Position numbers and translations under genes: made by a program. From an uncultured Chloroflexia bacterium (GTDB lineage Bacteria > Chloroflexota > Limnocylindria > Limnocylindrales > CSP1-4): a stretch of 64,000 bases of DNA. The stretch's first letter is position 1. Every line of letters begins with the position of its first letter. This document shows, piece after piece, positions 40,942-49,058 of the stretch. The notes under the pieces were generated by a model. That model was given only the letters and a program-made list of their open reading frames with translations, was not told the origin of the DNA and did not search any database. The DNA lies in the NCBI GenBank assembly GCA_963718285.1, contig CAVQYU010000004.1:21988-85987 (forward strand), read 5' to 3'.

Positions 40942-42714
40942 CTAGCGGCGGGGGCGCTCCTGGAGGCGGGGGACGAGCGCGGTCAGGTCGGCCTCGAGGT
41001 CGACCGGGCGAGCACCCAGCTCGGCCAGCAGGTCGAAGACGGCCTGGCGCTCCTCGTGGCACATCAGGACGACGACCCGGGCCGTGTCCGGCCGAGCGCC
41101 GGTCCGGGCGGCCTCGGTCGCGGCCGCGCCGTTGAGCTCGGCGTGGAGGGCGGCGGTCTCGGACTCGTACACCGGGACCTGGGCCTCGGCCGCGGGGGTC
41201 CCTGCCGAGCGGACGCCGGCCATGAGCTCGCCCACGACCGACTCCCGGGTCCGGCCTCGGAGGTAGGACAGGGTCTCCTTGATCGCCACTCGCTGGGCCC
41301 GCTGGGCGGCGATCCGGCCGATGCCCCGGAGCGAATCGTCGGGTCGGTCGCCGGCGGTCCCGATGATCACGGTGATCGGCGCGGCCCGGCCCGCTGCCCC
41401 GGCCGCGATCCCCTCCGCGACATCGAGGATGGCCGAGATGCCCGCCTCGTTGTGGGCGAAGTCGACGATCACGACCCGGTTCCCGAGGCGATAGATGTTG
41501 AGCCGGCCGGGCGACCGCTCCGAGCTCGGCCGGAAGTCGGCCAGGCCGTGCCGGACCTCCGCGATCGAGGCGCCCATGGCCCGCGCCCCGCCGGCCGCGG
41601 CCAGGGCGTTGGCCACGTTGTGGCGGGCCAGGCCGCCGATCGTGATCGGCAGTTCGGCAACGTGGGCAACCGAGGAACGGATCCCGCGGTCGACCTCGAT
41701 CAGCTCGCCTCGCTCCAGGAGGTAGGCCCGGCCGCCCGCCGCGATGTGCCGGACGACGACGGGCGCTGGTCGTTCGAGGATCGAGAAGAAGGCAACCTGG
41801 GCCCGGACTCGACGGGCAACCGCCGCGACATACGGGTCGTCGCCGTTCAGGATCGTCCAGCCCTCGGGCTTGGTGATCCGGCAGATCGTGGCCTTGACCT
41901 CGGCCAGCTCCGGCAGGGTGTGGATCCCCTGGAGATCGAGGTGGTCCGAGCTCACGTTGGTGAGCACACTTGCGTCGTTCGATTCATAGCCGACGCCCTT
42001 GAGCACGATCCCGCCCCGGGCCGTCTCCAGGACGGCGACCGACACATCCGCACGGCCCAGGATCGCGGCGGCTCCGCCCGGCCCGGTCCAGTCGCCTGGG
42101 TCGACCATCCGCTCGTCGACCAGGATCCCGTCCGAGGTCGTCGTGCCGGTGTGGCGGCCGGCCTTGATCAGGATGTGGCTGATGAGGCGCGTCGTCGTGC
42201 TCTTGCCGTTCGTGCCGCTGATCGAGATGATCGGGACGCGCCGGTCGGCATCCCGGATCCAGGCCGGTGGCGTCGCATCGGCCGCCTCGATCCGGGATGC
42301 CCAGCGCTCCAGCAGGCGGGCCTGGCCGCCCGTCAGGCGGGCCGTCCGGACGGGCGAGACGTTGCGCTCGACCAAGCCGACGCCGGCCTCGCCGATCGAT
42401 CGGGCCCGGCCGGCCGCGGTCCATGGGTAGGTCACGATCCAGTGGCCCGGATCGGACGAGCGATGGACGACCAGGCCGGCTCGCCCTCCGCCGAAGTCGG
42501 CCCTCAGGCGCTTGAGCCAGGCGGCCAGGGCGGCCACGTCATCGGGCCAGTCACGGGCGGGAACGGGCTGGCCGAGGCGGACCAGGGCGTAGCGGGCCGG
42601 GTTGCGCTGGCCGTACCAGGTGCGCCTGCGCCCGACCGCGACTTCGACCTTGACCACCGGCTCGAGCCGGTAGACGTTGGGGCCCTCGAGCAGCCGGATC
42701 TCGACGAGTCGCAC
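40942..42714 (-). CDS. cyanophycin-synthetase-like protein with N-like and Mur-ligase (M) domains only; no ATP-grasp domain
   Basis: Intact 590-aa ORF with GTG 42714. The start MRLVEIRLLEGPNVYRLEPVVKVEVAVG parallels the CphA1 N-domain start. From about aa 160 it parallels the CphA1 M domain: IISISGTNGKSTTTRLISHIL, SDGILVDERMVDPGDWTGPGGA, VLETARGGIVLKGVGYESNDASVLTNVSSDHLDLQG, NGDDPYV, ARHNVANALAAAGGA, SPGRLNIYRLGNRVVIVDFAHN, IIGTAGDRPDD. Only about 130 aa separate the two blocks, against more than 450 aa in CphA1. Confidence 0.8.
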   Translation of the reverse strand: MRLVEIRLLEGPNVYRLEPVVKVEVAVGRRRTWYGQRNPARYALVRLGQPVPARDWPDDVAALAAWLKRLRADFGGGRAGLVVHRSSDPGHWIVTYPWTAAGRARSIGEAGVGLVERNVSPVRTARLTGGQARLLERWASRIEAADATPPAWIRDADRRVPIISISGTNGKSTTTRLISHILIKAGRHTGTTTSDGILVDERMVDPGDWTGPGGAAAILGRADVSVAVLETARGGIVLKGVGYESNDASVLTNVSSDHLDLQGIHTLPELAEVKATICRITKPEGWTILNGDDPYVAAVARRVRAQVAFFSILERPAPVVVRHIAAGGRAYLLERGELIEVDRGIRSSVAHVAELPITIGGLARHNVANALAAAGGARAMGASIAEVRHGLADFRPSSERSPGRLNIYRLGNRVVIVDFAHNEAGISAILDVAEGIAAGAAGRAAPITVIIGTAGDRPDDSLRGIGRIAAQRAQRVAIKETLSYLRGRTRESVVGELMAGVRSAGTPAAEAQVPVYESETAALHAELNGAAATEAARTGARPDTARVVVLMCHEERQAVFDLLAELGARPVDLEADLTALVPRLQERPRR

Positions 42715-42724
42715 AGTGCCGGGG

Positions 42725-42746
42725 AGTCTAGCAAGGCGGCTAGACT
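42725..42746. promoter_or_regulatory. perfect inverted repeat AGTCTAGC-N6-GCTAGACT forming two back-to-back TAGACT -10 boxes (possible shared operator)
   Basis: The plus-strand TAGACT at 42741-42746 is 6 nt upstream of ATG 42753 (M20 gene). The minus-strand TAGACT (plus agtcta, 42725-42730) is 10 nt upstream of GTG 42714 (cphA-like gene). The whole intergenic region is 38 bp. Confidence 0.5.
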
Positions 42747-42752
42747 GCCCGT

Positions 42753-44043
42753 ATGGACGCCCTGCACCCGGCCGGCGCCGGGGTCAGCCCGGACGAGCTC
42801 GAGGAGATCGAGGAGATCGTCCAGGACGAGCTGCCCGCCTACCTCGAGGACCTGGCCACGCTGGTCAACGTCGACTGCGGGAGCTACACCAAGGTCGGCG
42901 TCGACCAGGTTGGTGCCTGGACGGCCGCGTTCCTGGAGCGACTCGGAGCCCAGGTCGAGATCCATGTCCATTCCACGCCTGGGCAATACCATCGTGGGCA
43001 CGTTCCGGGGCCGGGCCGGCGGCCCACGGGTCCTCTTGATCGGCCACCTCGACACGGTCTTTCCGGAGGGCACCGCGGGGGCCCGGCCCTTTCGGATCGA
43101 AGCCGGCCTGGCTCACGGCCCGGGCGTGACCGACATGAAGAGCGGCCTGCTGGCCGGCCTGTACGCCGTGCTCGCCCTGACCTCGCTGGGTGAGGCCGAG
43201 GATGGCGCCGCGGGCAACGGGGGCCCGGGCCAATCCGCCGGGAGCGAGCCGGCCGAGCTGCCCTTCGAGCGGCTCGTGTTCGTGGCCAACCCGGACGAGG
43301 AGATCGGCTCGATCTCCAGCAGCCCGATCATCCGCGAGCTGGCCCTGGCCTCGGACGTGGCCCTCGTCCTCGAGTGCGCCCGGGCCAACGGCGATATCGT
43401 CTCGGCCCGCAAGGGGACCGTGGACCTCCGCCTGACCGTCCACGGCCGGGCGGCCCATGCCGGTGTCGAGCCAGAGAAGGGTCGCAATGCGATCCTCGCC
43501 GCAGCCCAGCTCATCGTCGAGCTCCAGGCGCTCAACGGTCGCTGGCCGGGCGTGACCCTGAACGTGGGGGTGATCCACGGTGGCAGCCGGCCGAACGTGG
43601 TCGCCGAGGAAGCCGTCCTGGAGGTCGACCTGCGAGCCATCAGCCGGGCCGACCTCGAAGCGGCCGAGGCCGCGGTCCGAACGGCGGCCGCCCGGACGAC
43701 CGTACCCGACACCCACGTGACGGTCGAGGAGACGGCCCGCCACTGGCCGATGGAGAAGCTCGAGCGGAGCGGCCGGCTGGTGGAGCACGCCCAGGCCATC
43801 GCCGGGCGCCTCGGGTTCGAGCTGGCCGACGCCTCGACCGGGGGCGCCTCGGACGCCAATACGACGGCCGGCCTGGGCGTCCCCTCGCTCGATGGCCTGG
43901 GACCCATCGGCGGCAACGATCATTCTCCAGCGGAATACCTCGACGTCGAGTCGATCGTGCCCCGAACGGTCCTGCTGGCGGGCCTCCTGCTGGCCATCGG
44001 GCGCGACTCGGTCATCGGGTCGTGGCGTCCGCACCGAGCGTGA
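42753..44043 (+). CDS. M20-family metallopeptidase (carboxypeptidase G2 / glutamate-carboxypeptidase-like); one frame change at ~42965
   Basis: ORF 42753..43193 starts MDALHPAGAGVSPDELEEIEEIVQDELPAYLEDLATLVNVDCGSYTKVGVDQVGAW.... It continues in the frame of ORF 41056..44043: NTIVGTFRGRAGGPRVLLIGHLDTVFPEGTA...GPGVTDMKSGL...VFVANPDEEIGS...ARKGTVDLRLTVHGRAAHAG...GGASDAN...GGNDHSPAEYLDV. Confidence 0.8.
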
Positions 44044-44081
44044 TCGACAAGGACGAAGGAAGGAGCAGGGGGGCAGGCACG

Positions 44082-44480
44082 ATGGCCAGAGCCGAACGAC
44101 GGCGCATCTCTTCGGGCGGTCCGTACGAGGCCCGCTATGGCTACAGCCGGGCGCTGGTCGTGGACCACGCCTGCTGGGTCTCGGGCACGACCGACGCCGG
44201 CCCCGACGGCCGCTCGCTCCACCCGGCTGATGCCGGCGGCCAGACCCGGGCGATCCTGGACATCATCGAGGCGGCCTTGCACGAAGCCGGTTTTGCCCGG
44301 TCCGACGTGGTCCGGGTCCGGACCTACACCACGGCGATGAGGCACAGCCCGGCCATCCTGGCGGTCATCGGAGAGCGCCTTGGGTCGGTCGGACCGGCCG
44401 CCACGATCGTCGAAGTGCGAGCCCTGATCGACAAGTCGCTCCTGGTCGAGATCGAGGTCGACGCAGTCCGCGACGCCTGA
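44082..44480 (+). CDS. RidA / YjgF / endoribonuclease L-PSP family protein
   Basis: ATG 44082 within ORF 43374..44480: MARAERRRISSGGPYEARYGYSRALVVDHACWVSGTT...GGQTRAILDIIEAALHEAGFARSDVVRVRTY...TIVEVRALIDKSLLVEIEVDAV. Confidence 0.8.
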   Translation: MARAERRRISSGGPYEARYGYSRALVVDHACWVSGTTDAGPDGRSLHPADAGGQTRAILDIIEAALHEAGFARSDVVRVRTYTTAMRHSPAILAVIGERLGSVGPAATIVEVRALIDKSLLVEIEVDAVRDA

Positions 44481-44510
44481 CCCTCACCGGGCGGCCGCGG
44501 CGGCGGCCCG

Positions 44511-44849
44511 TCAGGCGGCGAGGCCGGTCGCCCGGGCCCCGGCCACGATGACCACCGCCACGACCAGGCCCAGGAGCAGGTTGCGCCGCCAGGCCACGAT
44601 CAGCACACAGGCCGCGACGGCCAGCCACTCGATGTTGATCGAGAAGACCGAGCCCGATCCGTTCGGCGCGGGGGCCAGGAAGATCTGGGCGGCGGCGATC
44701 GAGGCCAGGACCGCCGGCCCGACCAGCCGGAGGTATTCGAGCGCTCGCGGCGGCAGGCGATCGAAGCCCGGGGCGAGCAGTGGGATCGCCCGGCTGGGAT
44801 AGGTCACCAGGGCCATCAGGACCGCCAGGCCGACGAGATCGGTGCTCAC
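44511..44849 (-). CDS. azlD: AzlD-family branched-chain amino-acid transport protein
   Basis: Intact 112-aa ORF: MSTDLVGLAVLMALVTYPSRAIPLLA...LEYLRLVGPAVLASIAAAQIF... A 4-nt overlap links it to azlC. Confidence 0.8.
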   Translation of the reverse strand: MSTDLVGLAVLMALVTYPSRAIPLLAPGFDRLPPRALEYLRLVGPAVLASIAAAQIFLAPAPNGSGSVFSINIEWLAVAACVLIVAWRRNLLLGLVVAVVIVAGARATGLAA

Positions 44850-45673
44850 GACGGCAGCCCGTCCAGGCCGGGCTCGGTCGCGTCCGGCTCGGGCGTTCGA
44901 CCGGCCGGGACGGCCAGGCCCACGAAGGGGCCGACGACGCCGCCGACCACGATCCCCAGCCGGCTGTCCCAGAGCAGGCCGATCACCACCGCGCAGGCGA
45001 CTCCTGCGGCGGCCGCGGCCACCTCCCGGCGTCCGCTCGACAGGCCGACCGCCAGGCCGGCCATGGCGGCCGGGAACACGACATCGAGCCCGAGCACCCG
45101 CGGGTCCGGAATGAACTGCCCGCCGAACACCCCGAGGATCGTGGCCACGTTCCAGGGGATGAAGGTCGAGCCGATCGCGGCGATCCAGTAGCCGGTCGGG
45201 TCCACCCGGCCGATCCGCCGAAAGTGGACACTGGCCAGGGCGAAGGCCTCATCGGTCAGGACATGGGCCATCACGATCCGCTTGACCAGCGGCTCGCCCC
45301 GCAACCAGGGCGCCATCGCCGCCGAGTAGAGCAGATGCCGGGCATTGACCAGGGCGGTCAGCAGGACGATGGCCGGCCAGGCAAAGCCGGCCGCGACCAT
45401 GCCCACCGCCGCGAACTGGCTCGCCCCGGCGAAGACGATCAATGAGAAGGCAATCGCCTCGATCGGCGAGAAGCCGGATGAGCGGGCAGTCAGACCGAAG
45501 ACCAGGCCGAACCCGAAGCTCGAGGCGACGAGCCCGGTCGCGTTGACGATCAGCTGCCGACGCGCGGTGCGGAGCGCCTCCGGATCCAGGTCAGGCGGCT
45601 CGGGCGACGATCGGCCGACCGGCTGGCTCGAGAGGGTCAGCGCAGGAACGTCTTGGCGCAGGGCCCGTCGCAC
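44846..45673 (-). CDS. azlC: AzlC-family branched-chain amino-acid permease/exporter component
   Basis: C-terminal part of ORF 44846..46288: ...GLVASSFGFGLVFGLTARSSGFSPIEAIAFSLIVFAGASQFAAVGMVAAG...NARHLLYSAAMAPWL...AHVLTDEAFALA.... The most proximal in-frame start I can find is GTG at 45673 (VRRALRQDVPALT...). Confidence 0.75.
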   Translation of the reverse strand: MRRALRQDVPALTLSSQPVGRSSPEPPDLDPEALRTARRQLIVNATGLVASSFGFGLVFGLTARSSGFSPIEAIAFSLIVFAGASQFAAVGMVAAGFAWPAIVLLTALVNARHLLYSAAMAPWLRGEPLVKRIVMAHVLTDEAFALASVHFRRIGRVDPTGYWIAAIGSTFIPWNVATILGVFGGQFIPDPRVLGLDVVFPAAMAGLAVGLSSGRREVAAAAAGVACAVVIGLLWDSRLGIVVGGVVGPFVGLAVPAGRTPEPDATEPGLDGLPS

Positions 45674-45910
45674 ACGACGTAGATCGGCATGCAGGTCGTG
45701 GGCAAAGCCGGCCACATGGAGCAGGCCCGGGCAGCCTGGGGTCGGGCACTTGTAGACCCACCAGCGACCGGCCGGGTCGACCGGCGTGGTCTCGGCCGCC
45801 AGCTTGGCCGCCAGGCCGTCGCGTTCGGTGCTCAGGCGGGCGATCACGGCGGCCCGATCCGCCTCGGTCTCGCTCGAGTAGGGGTAGCTCTGGCCGACGT
45901 TGGAGGTCAC
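45637..45910 (-). CDS. small zinc-ribbon-like protein (hypothetical); needs one frame change near 45690, otherwise it reads through into azlC
   Basis: GTG 45910: VTSNVGQSYPYSSETEADRAAVIARLSTERDGLAAKLAAETTPVDPAGRWWVYKCPTPGCPGLLHVAGFAHDLH. After a 1-nt shift it reads MPIYVVCDGPCAKTFLR-TGA (stop at 45637). This gives two Cys knuckles, C-x4-C and C-x3-C. Confidence 0.35.
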
Positions 45911-45916
45911 TCGCCG

Positions 45917-45922
45917 AGTATA
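45917..45922 (-). promoter_or_regulatory. putative -10 hexamer TATACT, 6 nt upstream of GTG 45910
   Basis: The minus strand reads ccggTATACTcggcgaGTG. Confidence 0.4.
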
Positions 45923-45956
45923 CCGGGGCTCAATGCGCCTTCCGGCCTCCGCGGGC

Positions 45957-47630
45957 CTACCAGGTCGCGGGCAGGCCCAGGCTGCGCGGATCGGTGGCCG
46001 CAGCGAGGCTGCCGCCCTCGACCGCCGGGCCGCCGTCGACCAGCTCGATCGCGTGGCAGTGGCCCAGGGCCCCGTCGAACGGCTCGGTCGGGCGAGGCGG
46101 ATGACCCATCGCGGCCAGGCCGTCGAGCACCCCGGGTCGAAGCGGGGCTCGATCCGGACCGTGTCGGGCGGGGCGTAGTGCTCGGCCGGCTCGCACGAAC
46201 CAGCGCGGCTCGGCCACCGCGGTCGCGACGTCGGCGCCGCCGTCGACCAGCGCCGAGACGACCTGGGCGTGGACCTGGGGCTGGGCATCGCCGCCCATCG
46301 AGCCGGCCACGACCCACGGCCGCCCGTCGCGGAAGAGCATGCCCGGCATGAGCGTGTGGAGCGTCCGCCTTCGACGGCGCCGAGGACGTTCGGGTGGTCC
46401 TCGTCGAGCAGAAGTACGAGCCCCGGTTCTGGTAGGCGATGCCCGTCAGCCGGATCGACGATCCCCGAGCCGAAGCCGGCGTAGTTGCTCTGGATCAGGC
46501 TGACCGCATTGCCCGGCGCGTCGACGACGCCCAGCCAGATCGTGCCGCCGCCGCGGGGCGTCCGGGCGGCGGGCGGGCCGGTCGCCCGGTCCGGGTCGAT
46601 CCGGGCCGGCGAGCCGCTCGGCGTAGGCCTTGTCGAGCAGCTCGGTCAGCGGCGCCGGGCGATGGTCCGGGTCGGCCAGGTAGGGCGTCCCGGTCGGCCA
46701 TGGCCAGCTTCGAGGCCTCGATCCCGAGGTGGGCCCAGCGGAATCCGCTCGGCCACGCCCGCGTCGCTCGAGGTCCTGGCGCCGGCGGCTCGAACGGCTC
46801 CAGGATGTTGAGCAGCTCCAGGGCCACGAAGCCCGAGCTGTTGGGCGGATGGCCGGTGACCCGGACGCCGCGATAGTCGGTCGGCGATCGGCTCGGTCCA
46901 GGTCGAGCGTGGGCAGCGCAGGTCGTCGAGCCGGAGGTCCGAGCCGGCCGGCGGCCAGGGCCGTCCGCCTGGCGGTCGGCCAGCTCGCCTTCGTACAGCT
47001 CGGACCAGCCCTGCGTCGCGATCCGCTCGAGGGTCTCCGCCAGGGCGGGCAGCCGGACCCGCTCGCCGGGCCGCCAGGGCCGGCCCGCCGGGCCGATAGA
47101 TCGACGTCCAGCCGGCGGCGGCCGGGCCGAGCTCGCGATCGAAGACCGCGCGCTCACCTCGACCGCCCGGCAGAACGCCTCGTCGGCCGGGAAGCCGTCC
47201 CGGGCAAGCTCGATCGCGGGAGCCAGGAGGCGCGGCCCGGGGCAGCCGCCCGAAGCGGTCGTGGGCGTCGCCCCACGAGCGGACGGCGCCGGGCACGGTG
47301 ATCGACAGCGCGCCGCGATGGGGGATCGTCCGCGGGCCGCGCGCCCGCAGTCGCGGCGGCGCTCGCGCGGCGAGCCGACCGGCCGCTGCCGTTGAGCCCG
47401 ATCTGGCGCCCGGGCCCTCGTCCCAGATCAGCCAGAACGCATCGCCACCGATCCCGCAGGCCTGGTTGTCGACCACGGCCAGGACGGCATTCGTGGCAAT
47501 CGCCGCGTCGACCGCGGTGCCGCCGGCGCGCAGGATGCCCAGGCCGGCCGCCGTCGCCAGGTGATGGGGCGCGACGACCGCGGCGTGGCTGCCGCGGGCG
47601 AGGGTGGCCGGACGAGCGGACGGCGGTCAT
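45957..47630 (-). pseudogene. ggt: gamma-glutamyltranspeptidase (Ntn hydrolase), at least 6 frame changes
   Basis: - N-terminus: ATG 47630, then ...AVVAPHHLATAAGLGILRAGGTAVDAAIATNAVLAVVDNQACGIGGDAFWLIWDEG (46646..47476 frame).
- Middle: GFVALELLNILEPFEP (46495..47157 frame); ...TIWLGVVDAPGNAVSLIQSNYAGFGSG.
- C-terminus in ORF 45957..46349: MPGMLFRDGRPWVVAGSMGGDAQPQVHAQVV...GGSLAAATDPRSLGLPATW. Confidence 0.8.
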
Positions 47631-47640
47631 CGATGCGCCG

Positions 47641-47646
47641 AGTCTA
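47641..47646 (-). promoter_or_regulatory. putative -10 hexamer TAGACT, 10 nt upstream of ggt ATG 47630
   Basis: The minus strand reads cgggTAGACTcggcgcatcgATG. Confidence 0.35.
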
Positions 47647-47697
47647 CCCGGCCCGCGGTCGCGGCGACCGGGAGGCCCGGACGGCCAGCCGGCCCTG

Positions 47698-47703
47698 TAG
47701 GCT
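47698..47703 (+). promoter_or_regulatory. putative -10 hexamer TAGGCT, 8 nt upstream of ATG 47712
   Basis: ccctgTAGGCTtggcgggcATG. Confidence 0.35.
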
Positions 47704-47711
47704 TGGCGGGC

Positions 47712-49045
47712 ATGGATCCAGCCGCCGCCCAGGCCAGCCACGCGAGCGCCCAGCCGACCAGTCGGGCTGCGCTCGCTGACCGCGGTCCTGCTCGGAACGT
47801 TCACCCTGCGCCTGAGCACCGGCCTGACCGGCGCCCTGCTCGACCTATCACCTCGCCCATTTCGAGCGGGTCGGCGGGGTCCGGCGTCGAGCCGGGCATG
47901 ATCGGCATCCTGGCCGCCCTGTTCTACGTCTCCGAGCTGCGTCATGTCGCCCGTCTTCGGCGTCCTCTCGGACCGCTTCGGCCACCACCGCCTGATGCAG
48001 CTCGGACCGTTCTTCGGCTTCATCGCGGTGGTCATCACCGGGTTCACGGTGGCCATCCCGGTCGTGGCCGGCACCCGCGTCCTGGCCGGCCTGTCGACGG
48101 CCGCGTCGGTGCCCTCGATCCTGGGCTTCATCGCGATGGCCACGGCCGGCGACGAGCTCGCCCGCGGCCGCGCGTCGGCCCGCTTCGAGGGTGCGACCCT
48201 GGCCGGCCTGGGCTTCGGGATCGTCCTGGCCGGCCTGCTGATCGACCGCTTCGGGGTCAACGCCTTCTTCATCAACGCCGGGATCTACGCGCATCTCGTT
48301 CCTGATCTATCGCTACGGCGTCAAGGTCCGCGAGGACCTCAGCGGGCCGATGCGCCGGGCCGACCACGGCGGCCTCGCGCGCTACCTCGAGATCCTGAGC
48401 AGCAGCCACGTCTGGCTGCTCGCGCCGACCTGGATCGCGATCAACGCGGCCCTCGGCCTGTGGACGAACCAGTCGCTCTTCCAGCTCACCCAGAAGCCGT
48501 CGCCCGAGTTCGCCGACCAGTACCTGATGGGCCACTTCCAGCCGACCGAGATCAGCATCGGGCTGGCGATCGGGCTGCGTCGTCTTCTTCGCCGGGCTGG
48601 TCTTCTGGGGCAACCGGTTCCGGCGCTTCCGGCGGACGTCGATCATCTTCTTCGGGATCCTCGGCGGCCTGGCCGTGATCGCCGCCGCGGCCGTGATCAA
48701 CCACAGCGAGGGCCTCGCGGGATCCCGCGCCTGTGCCGGCGCGCGGTCGTGGTGGGCGGCCTGTTCGTCCTGGCTGGGGCGACGCCGGCGGCGCTCGGCC
48801 TGCTGGCCGACGTGTCGGAGGCCTACCCCGAGGACCGCGGCGCGATCATGGGCCTGTACTCGGTCTTCCTGGCGGTCGGCCAGATCGGCGGCAGCCTGGT
48901 CGGGGCGGCGAGGCCGCCCGGATGGCCGGCATCGACGGCCTGCTCGTGGGAACGCTCGTGCCTGCTGTTCATCGCCCTGATCCCGCTCGCCCGGCTGCGC
49001 GAGGTCGAGCACCTGATCGGCCAGCCGGCCGTCCGTACCGTCCAC
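47712..49045 (+). pseudogene. MFS transporter, at least 5 frame changes
   Basis: Pieces are LTAVLLGTFTLRLSTGLTGALL, GMIGILAALFYVSEL, MSPVFGVLSDRFGHHRLMQLGPFFGFIAVVITGF...GLSTAASVPSILGFIA (ORF 47944..), SSHVWLLAPTWIAINAALGLW, and VVVGGLFVLAGATPAALGLLADVSEAYPEDRGAIMGLYSVFLAVGQIGG (ORF 48350.. frame). The inferred stop is the TGA at 49043-49045 in a shifted frame. Confidence 0.6.
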
Positions 49046-49058
49046 CTGAGGGAGCGCC

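Noticed and set aside
41056-44043. 995-aa + strand ORF
   Set aside because: The first ~565 codons are the antisense shadow of the cphA-like gene (40942..42714). Only the part from about 42965 onward is real, as the body of the M20 peptidase. The true N-terminus of that peptidase (ATG 42753) is in another frame.
44846-46288. 480-aa minus-strand ORF
   Set aside because: It is a composite. From N- to C-terminus it contains out-of-frame read-through across the 3' end of ggt, then the small Cys-knuckle ORF, then AzlC. It is not a single protein.
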